A DNA stretch of 64,000 bases, taken from contig OZ024740.1 of NCBI GenBank assembly GCA_964016885.1, positions 270,134,001-270,198,000 of the forward strand. The letters are read 5' to 3'. Source of the DNA: Eledone cirrhosa. Its lineage: Eukaryota. How positions within the stretch are numbered: the first letter of the stretch is position 1; each line of letters starts with the position of its first letter. Under the pieces are notes generated by a model, which was given only the letters and a program-made list of their open reading frames with translations, made no database searches and had not been told where the DNA came from. Positions 52,774-64,000 of the stretch are shown here, one piece after another. The position numbers and the translations under genes were made by a program.

Positions 52774-54643
52774 ATTATAAAATAACAAGAGGCTGGACTG
52801 GTGTAATTCTTTAAAAGGTTTATTATACTATGATCATTTCAATGACCGGGTTCAGAATGAATCCGGTGACATCATCAGGTATTTGAAATATAACAAAGGA
52901 ATATAATAGATAAAATCAATGGGGCTGAAAAGCAGAGACACGAGGGCGGCCGAACATTTAGCATCTTCTATCCCGGTCATCCGCCCTCAAGTGATGATTA
53001 TTAAGTCTTCTTATGACCTTCTGGTGAAGGGGCGTAGGCGTATAGTGTACCACTACCACCCCGTCATAGACAGAAGCCACCGGTGGCATCAGGTTACATT
53101 CAACCTGGTCAGGAGTGCTAGAAAGTGCCGCGAAAAATATTTAAAAAATATATATATATCATTAACAAAGCTATATATTGGGCGTCTGCACATATATAAA
53201 TATATGTATGGTCAGAAATTACGATTAACAATTAAAAACGTTAAATTTATGTTTAGTGTTAAAAGATGCCATTTAAGATGAAATTAGAAAAGAAAGATTT
53301 AGGTTTAAAGTTGGGAGATTTAGTTAAAGAATTTACAGAAGGAGGTTTTTATGAAGTCCGAGTTATATTTATATATATATAACCCGGATTAACTGGGGAC
53401 TAAATATAGTCATTTACACATTTCATCAGATTTTGCCACTTTTAAACTTCACATCACGGGTGTGAATAACTAATAATCGTTTGGTACACGCGATGATCCG
53501 ACGGATGTGGCGGCTTTTCCGACTGCACGCCAGGCGCTCGGGTCGATCAGCCTTCCTAGAGTGCTTGGAAAAATTAAATTTCCCCCTCTTTCGGTAACGA
53601 AAATACTCGGAACGGCTGTTTCGCCCTGTGGCCCTGTCAGACTCGGAATCAGCCGTGCAACCGGTTATTGACCGCCAAACAGTACCTTTAAATTCTAGGC
53701 TTAATCATAACTTTTAATTTTATAATGCCTCCTTCTACTAGCACTCAACTAAATCCCCTACCAGTGTGAATAACTAGTAATCGTTTGGTATATACGATGG
53801 CCAGCCGACGGTGGCAGACTTCCCGCTAGCACACCCGTCGCTTAAGACAGTTAACGTTCCTGGAGTGCTCGGAAAAATAAATTTCTCTTTCTTTCGCTAG
53901 ACACTAATACTCGGAACGGTTGACACGCCGTTGGGCTCCGGGCTGGCCGTGGGTCCGCGACGTCGCTGGTTAATGACCGCTAAGCATGGGCTTAATCTTT
54001 ATCTATATTCTACCCTGAAACCTTATCGTGACTATCTAGAATACACTTAAACTTTTTCATAAAAACCTCCTTCTGTAAATGATTTAACTAAATCTCCCAA
54101 CTTTAAACCTAAATCTTTCTTTTCTAATTTCATCTTAAATGACATCTTTTAACTCAAAACATAAATTTAACGTTTCTAATTGTTAATCGTATATTCTGTC
54201 CATACATTATACTGTGCTGACGCCCAATATATAACCTCATATATAGCTTTGTTAAAAATATATGTTTTTTTTTTAAATATTTTTCGCGGCACATTCTAGC
54301 ACTCCTGACCAGCTTGAATGTAACCTGATGCCACCGGTGGCCTCTGTCTATGACGGGGTGGTAGTAGTCCACTATACGCCTACGCCCCTTCACCAGAAAG
54401 TCTAAAGAAGGCTTAATAATCATCACTTGAGGGCGGCTGACCGGGATAGAAGCTGCTAAATGTTCGGCTGCCCTCATGTCTCTGCTTTTCAGCCCCATGG
54501 ATTTTGTCTATTATATTCCTTTGTTATATTTCGAATACCTGATGATGTCACCAGATTCATACTGAACCCGGTCACTGAAATGATCATAATATAATAAACC
54601 TTTTAAAGAATTACACCAGTCCAGCCTCCTGTTATTTTATAAT
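52774..54643. repeat. ~585-bp inverted arms (52774-53355, 54056-54643) of a hammerhead-bearing pLTR family
   Basis: The arms are diverged reverse complements (roughly 90% by eye). The right copy extends 5' to about 53380. Confidence 0.9.
52825..52882 (-). ncRNA. Hammerhead ribozyme (partner copy 54535-54592, +)
   Basis: ATAC-CTGATGA-tgtc-ACCGG..CCGGT-catt-GAAA-TGATCA-TA-GTAT-AATAAA, with palindromic stem III. Confidence 0.8.
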
Positions 54644-54739
54644 ATATATATATATATATATAACGAAGGAAATGTGGTAAGGAACCAGGTGGACCATAAC
54701 GCACCAAAGTACTCAATACTTGAGGTAGTAGAGTGGGTA

Positions 54740-56385
<1,646 letters not shown>

Positions 56386-56777
56386 ATATATATATACAGT
56401 GAGAGAGAGAGAGACATATAACAATACATATATGTTATCCTAAGCTTAATTTAATATTCTGCGAATTAATTAATTGCATTTTATCAATTGTTGCTTGTTA
56501 TAAACCTCAATTGAAGCTTAGGAAATCATTCAAAAATACATGTTGAAATTTAAAGAACATGTATGTGTTTTAATTAAACATTAATGACAATGCGAATTTA
56601 ATTACCTCAATATATTTTACAGGAATATTTAAATATTCGAACATGAAAAACAAAAGAAATCGATGTTTGCATTATATCGAAATGGTATGTAATAGCAGAC
56701 ATATAATATACATACACACGCATTCGGGATCACACACACACACGCAGACACACACATATATATATATATATATATAA

Positions 56778-56927
<150 letters not shown>

Positions 56928-57587
56928 ATATATATTCATACATACGTACATATATATCGAAGCAAATTATCCACCCACATGGCATCGCTACCGTTGAACA
57001 GTTATATAGGAAAGGAAACAAATTCGGTACATTTCCCTGGATTCCTTAGCTGTCATTAAATCAATTTAAAAATTTAAATTCCCCACTATAATTTACTACA
57101 GGCACTCTAACGACCGGTTGAGCTGCTTTTTATTGGCCGATCGAGTCGCTGCTATTTTTAGCATCCTCCCACCAAACACCATGATAGCGCTTTTCTTGTC
57201 AGTTACCTATCAAAAGCAATCGTACCACTTCCCTAGAATGTATACGATAATTTAGGCCATCAGTAGAACTACTTGTTCATAATTGCCAATAATTAATTTT
57301 CAATACTTGTGGTGTAAAACTTTTTTTTTTTGGAGGTCGAAACCAAAACATTTTCGTCCAGGTTATAGAAGTGTATCTCAACTCTTTCTTAGTACACTGT
57401 TGGAATTCTTAAATTGCTTTTGTTATCCGCCTATTTGTTCTGTTTGGATGCTACTTTCCTATGAACGATTTATTATGATGTGCTCGGAAGTGAATTATCC
57501 TCTAATATGGGATCCCTACCGTTGAGCAATATCGGAAAGTTCTGTTAGCTTCTGTGCCTCTGGCAATAAATCGATATAAATTCCCCA

Positions 57588-57881
<294 letters not shown>

Positions 57882-58019
57882 GTGTTCCATGTACGTCAAT
57901 ACTCATTCTTTTTTTCCACTCAGAGGGCTTTTTAAAATACGAACTAACAGGCTAATTCTATTTAGTCAAATACGGTATAAATATTGTACAGTATATTTTT
58001 TCCTATACACTCCTACTAT

Positions 58020-58202
58020 TTGGCAGTGTCGGTAGAAGGTCAGACGCCATGCTTTGCAGCATAGAGTTACGCCCCTTTATAGTCTGCGTTCAAATCCCGC
58101 CGAGGTTCACTTTGCCTTTCATCCTTATGGGATCGATAAAATAAAGTACCAGTAATGTACTGTATACCTGCTGGCTTTGTGCCAAAAGTAGAAACAATTA
58201 TT
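58020..58202 (+). mobile_element. tRNA-derived SINE
   Basis: A-box, B-box and core. Confidence 0.85.
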
Positions 58203-58798
58203 TACAACGCTATCTTGGTGCTGCCACTAATTATATATATATATATATGTATGTGTGTGAGTGTGTGTGGGTGGGTGTGTGTGGGTGTGTGTGTGTGTGT
58301 GTGTGTGTGTTTAGTTCAAGGAAACGAGAAAACAGGTACAAATATTCGTATTAGTCTCGTACTTTATATGGGAAAGGAGAAAGAAAGTTCATCATATCGG
58401 CCTTTATCCCTTCTTCAGGAATACAAAAATAGAGACAGGATCACGAAGGATGAAGGATAAATACAGAAAATAAAAGGTAGCCGTTTAAAGAAAAACGAAA
58501 ACAAGACAAACAGTTAGGTAGACTTAGTAATAATTTTGGAACGTAAATATATATATGTTAGAATGTCGGTTAGAATGATTCGGCTCCCAGAACAAATTTC
58601 CCTTTCATCATTTCGAGGTCGATTCTTCTTCTATATTTCTTTCTCACTTCCTTTCTCTCAACGTCTATCTTTCTCAGGAAGAAATCTGCTATGTTCAGAA
58701 CTGAAGACGAGATATGACCCGAAGTATTCGTAAAATACCGAAAAAATGCCTTATAGGAATATCGGAATTACGGGTCCACACATACATATACTGTATGT

Positions 58799-58880
58799 AT
58801 TGGGTCGTCAGGTATGAAATTTGTAGAAATTTGTTTTTTTTCTAGAGATTTCTACAAATTTCATACTTAACGACCAAATA
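58799..58880. mobile_element. Tiny mariner-like TIR pair
   Basis: TATTGGGTCGTCAGGTATGAAATTTGTAGAAAT ... ATTTCTACAAATTTCATACTTAACGACCAAATA. Confidence 0.6.
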
Positions 58881-59163
58881 TATATGTGTATTTGTAATCT
58901 GAATATCTGATTATATGGCGGTTGACTGGCAGATTTCTTTGAACTTTGAGCAAATAACTTCAGTTAAATTTCCACCGACATCAACTTTTACAATTGTCAT
59001 TCCGCGGTCGATGAAATATAGTCCTATCAATTACTGTGACCGATCTTAATTTCCACGTATCTGTCAGGATTGGCTGCGCTCCACTGCGAAAAAGCCATGA
59101 GGAAAGTTTCCAATTATTATTTCACTAACGCACATGCACACACGTACACAAACACACATACAC

Positions 59164-59203
<40 letters not shown>

Positions 59204-59227
59204 ATACATACATATATATATATATAC

Positions 59228-59273
<46 letters not shown>

Positions 59274-59274
59274 G

Positions 59275-59309
<35 letters not shown>

Positions 59310-59378
59310 GTATATATATATATACACACACATATATATATATATATATAAATATATAAATATATATATATATATATT

Positions 59379-59505
<127 letters not shown>

Positions 59506-60112
59506 TATATATAATATATATATATACATATAATATATATATATATAATTTAACTTTATCAGTCGAAACGAAATTACCTAGTTCTGTGAGTGTCAACCAG
59601 GCGTAATTGACGCCTGTATCTTCAGTCAGGCATTTTGATTAGAAATGAATCTCTAAAATAGCTATACGTCGGTTTTGAAGTCTATTAATCCTTGTTCAAA
59701 CTGACAGTTTTAGCCTGTTCCATTGCAGTTGAGTGAAGGATATTATTTATAGTCTACTCCAGTAATCCCGCAATTTCTCTCCTGTTCATTTCACTTAGTG
59801 CGTCAAAATAGGGATATGCATATGTGCATAATAGTGCTCGTGTGTGATTGCGTGTTTTTGTATGTGAATCTGTGTGTGCGCGTATTTATGAGACTGCGTG
59901 ATTTTTTAATGTATAGAGCAAAAGAGTTCATGTATGTTCGTAGTATAATATTGACACTGTTCTTTTTATTAATCAACTTGATATATAATTTTGATGTTTC
60001 AGCATAATATAAACTCGTCAGGTAATGTGCAATGTGTTCTATGAAGCCAAATCTCTATATATTGAAATGTTGATTTATGTTGAATAAAAGTCACCCAACA
60101 CATACACGCACG

Positions 60113-60291
<179 letters not shown>

Positions 60292-60727
60292 TTATATATA
60301 TATACACAAATCGGAAATTGCGTTTCGCTTATTTCTACCCGCCGTAGCCGTAATACGATTCTCCCTGAATTTATATTTGTATATATATATTTGTTTCGCA
60401 AGGTTTTTGATATGAAATTGTGTGTCCAAAAAATGTTGTTATACTTGGGGAGGGTCATATTGTTGTAATAATATTGCCAGAAATATGTATGTATGTATCC
60501 CGCTTGACTATACAAGTATGTGTGAGAGAAAGGGAAAAATAATGGAATAAGGAATATAAGGGTAAATTCATAACAAAAAATCATAACCGGGTGTATCGAA
60601 TTTATTGTAATAACATAACCATCTTGTTTTTAAGCCAAAGAATGTAGAGGGAAGAAACAATGAAATGAAAAACAGGAAAGAAGGAATTGAAATATTTCCA
60701 GGAAGCGAAAACAGAAAATTGAGTTTA

Positions 60728-60880
60728 GCAATTGAGAGAGTTATAGTAAGGTGAGTCAATGGCTGAACTCTTGGGTTTGGCAATTGAGTGAGGTATAGTA
60801 AGGTGAGTCAATGGCTGAACGTCTTAGGTTTGGCAATTGAAAGAGTTATAGTAAGGTGAGTCAATGGCTGCACGTCTTAA
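60728..60880. repeat. ~52-bp minisatellite, 3 units
   Basis: GCAATTGA..TATAGTAAGGTGAGTCAATGGCTG repeated three times. Confidence 0.9.
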
Positions 60881-61096
60881 CCTGTAGCAGAGAGAAGCGC
60901 CTTTAAGTGTATGTGTTTGTAGCTATAGTATTGTGAATTTATTCATCATGTGTCTATTTCTAGGTGTGTGCGTGCTTGTTTTCATGTAAACACAGTAGTG
61001 TGTGGATTGAGATCTTTATGTGTAAGGTGGTGTTTTAACAATTTTAAAGTTAACTAGACCACCTGTGACTCCTTTCTCTCTCTCTCTCTCTCCCTC

Positions 61097-61153
<57 letters not shown>

Positions 61154-61628
61154 ATTTATGAAGATACCCGGAAAATATCCATATCTCGGGAAGCCGTGGT
61201 CCGATTTACGCAAAACTTGTTTTATTCCATTTATATCTCTATTTCAGGGTCAACTTCCTTTCAAAGTATTTTCCCATTATGCGCCCTTTGACTGTATTAC
61301 ATTATAAACAAGCAAGCAAGCATTCACCCACTTTTAGTAATATACTAGACCACCCTTGACCCGTTGGGTCACGTTCACTTCAAAATATATTTTTTTAAAT
61401 CATGTTCATTTAAAAATAATTTTCAAATAATTAAAATATAGACAGACATGTATATAATGTAAAACGAAACTGGAAGGCCCCATATATATATATGTGTGTG
61501 TGTGTGGGGGGGTATCTAGGATCTGGTCATAGACACACACATACATATACACATACATATACACATACATATACACACATATATGCACACATATACACAC
61601 ATATACACACACATACACACACACATAT

Positions 61629-61659
<31 letters not shown>

Positions 61660-61696
61660 CCCAAAATCACATACATATATACACAACAACACCACC

Positions 61697-61736
<40 letters not shown>

Positions 61737-62088
61737 CTCCTTCTATATCTCCTCTCCCTCCCTCTATGTCTCTCTTTCAATCTACTCTCTCACAACCACT
61801 ATCTCTTTCACTATACTACATTACAGACAAGCAAGAGAACAAGCAAGCAAGCAATCACAAACTTTTAGTAATATATATATAGATGTCTGTCCCAATTCAC
61901 CAGACCGGTACTTATCTCGGTTTCATTTTTCATTGGCGGTAAGTGGCTGAAAGTACAACAGGACGTCAGTTCATCGCTAGTACTAATTTTCAGTTTAGTG
62001 TACTGAGGCAACGTGAAGTAAAGTTTTTGTTCGTGAACACAACGTGACACCGGGCCCGATAATCGAAACCATAACATTATGATTGTAA

Positions 62089-62276
62089 AGCGGTGAATTG
62101 GCAGTATCGGTAGAGAGTCGGACGCCATGCTTTCCAGCATAGTTACGTCCCTTTACGGTCTGAGTACAAATCCCGCCGAGGTTAACTTTGCCTTTCATCC
62201 TTACGGGGTCGATAAAATAAAATACCAGTAATGTACTGAGTAATTGCTGGCCTTGTGCCAAAAGTAGAAACAATTA
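62089..62276 (+). mobile_element. tRNA-derived SINE
   Basis: Full copy with TSD ATTATGATTGTAAAGC. A 5'-truncated minus copy lies at about 63322-63430. Confidence 0.9.
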
Positions 62277-62341
62277 TGATTGTAAAGCAAACCCCTCATC
62301 CGCTAAGCCACATGCATCCACGTAAGGCGGTGGTGTGTATG

Positions 62342-62380
<39 letters not shown>

Positions 62381-64000
62381 TGTGCGAAGCTGTGTGTGTA
62401 TGCGAATATATGCACGGGTATGAGTCTATATAAACGTGAATGTGAAAGCGTGTATCTGTGGGTATTGCTGTATGTGTAGTGTGTATGTAAAAGCCAGTGT
62501 GAGTGTGTGCATGGTGTATGTGTATATGTTATATATATATATATATATATATATGAATAACGTGTATGGAAATGTGTTTAGTTAAGTGTGCGTGTGTGTG
62601 TGGTGTAATGTGCGTAAGTTTTGTATGTATATTATGTTTAACGTGTATACATATGGAGTGCAACATATAAGTGTATTACATGTATAAATGAAACATCTTT
62701 GCGTGTTTAGAGGCGTTTATTTCTGGTTTTAGGTACCTGGATGTAGCCTGAAGAGATTGGAAAGGCTTTTTTACTTGTTATGAGACTGGTGAGCATTTTT
62801 ATTATTTACAGAAACATCATGTCTGAAATTTGGAGAGAGAAAGGATACCGCAAATTCAGAAGAGAACCTGTTTCGCAATTGATTTAGTTGTAATTTGGAA
62901 AGCAGTAAATACTGCCAGAGACATTAGAAGCAAATCGTGTGATGTTATTACAGGAATTAAGTTATTCGGTGGAAGCAGTTCAGTTGGAATTTAAATATTC
63001 AATACTACAAGAACTGTTGGTTGCTATTGTCTGATATTGTTATTCAGCTAGTTGGCTTACAAAGCGTAGGTAAGTTTTGGTATTGAGAAACAAAATTGTA
63101 TTTCCATGTTAGAATATGTATATTGAAAAGAAATTGTCAGTAGCAATATCTTTAAAGAAATTTAACATGGGTGTAGTTTGTTGTCTACATACTCACACCG
63201 CAAACAATAGTCCAGAATTAAAATGCGTGAAATTTGGGAAACTTCTAAATCTGTTATTCCAAAATCGCATTTAAATGGTACATATTCCCTAGTTTTCTCT
63301 TATAGTGAAATGTATCTGTTAAACAATTGTTTCTACTTTGGCAAATGGCCAGCAATTATCCCAGTGCATTACTCGTGTTTTATTTTATCGACCCCGTAAG
63401 GATAAAAGGCAAAGTTAACCTCGGCGGGATGGTTGTGGTAATGATGGTATCGATGAAATCGACATCTTGTTGTTTATAGTTCTCTCATTTTATTTTATGG
63501 CAATTATGTAATGGATTTGGATGACATTTGAAAGCTTTCTGATATTATGAAAGCTAGAATAAAAATCTTTATTTGCTACAGCCATTTTTATTTCACCGTG
63601 AAGTGTTGATACCATCAAAATAGATGTTTATTCAAATAGAAAGACCGGGCGGAGCAGTATGGTAGCTCTCGGTAATGTTTTCAATGTCAGCCATAATCAT
63701 TGAAACAAACTTTCCCGTCTTAATCTGGTGTGAATGGCAGTGGATTGTTAAGCAAAATAAAATTATTTTCATGCACGAAGAAGAGTCTTGCGTGGTATTG
63801 AAAGCAAAATTGCAAAGTGAAATATTAAAACAGATTTTAAAAACTATCTAAGTTTTCTTATCATTCAAAGCATCATATGTGTATTTATGTGTTATAGAGT
63901 TAAATTGTTGAGTTAAATAACATTTTCCACACAAAGGAAACTGTCTAGTTATCAGTGTAGTATATAAATGTAAACTTACATCTGGAACTTATACCCAGGT

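Noticed and set aside
52919-54498. Paralogous 120-aa and 114-aa ORFs (MGLKSRD...)
   Set aside because: They lie antisense to the ribozyme strand inside the inverted arms, have no recognisable domain and differ by indels at the C-terminus.
59570-59632. Minus-strand CTGAAGA with a strong stem II
   Set aside because: It has GACA instead of GAAA and no convincing stems I and III.

Overview
AT-rich, microsatellite-saturated animal DNA, most likely octopus or another coleoid cephalopod (inferred from the SINE types and the (TA)n/(CA)n load). No host protein-coding exon is recognisable and most ORF-track entries are microsatellite artefacts. Recognisable elements are the 5' part of a Tx1/L1-type LINE, a decayed R4/Dong-like REL retrotransposon, RTE LINE fragments, non-autonomous RTE derivatives, about 30 tRNA-derived SINE copies, mariner relics/MITEs and a 5'-truncated Penelope-like (GIY-YIG) element. 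The main signal is a set of non-coding repeats carrying type I hammerhead ribozymes, from about nine apparently unrelated families. The clearest is a 4.2-kb array of about 13.5 identical 310-bp units (10741-14923), each with an intact minimal hammerhead, that inverts mid-array. Most of these insertions share one geometry: two arms with 3' ends pointing outward into (TA)n tracts. This suggests a Penelope-driven retrozyme/circRNA system. Several families also carry duplicated, apparently pseudoknotted motifs upstream of the ribozyme. All structures were read by eye and none was computed.
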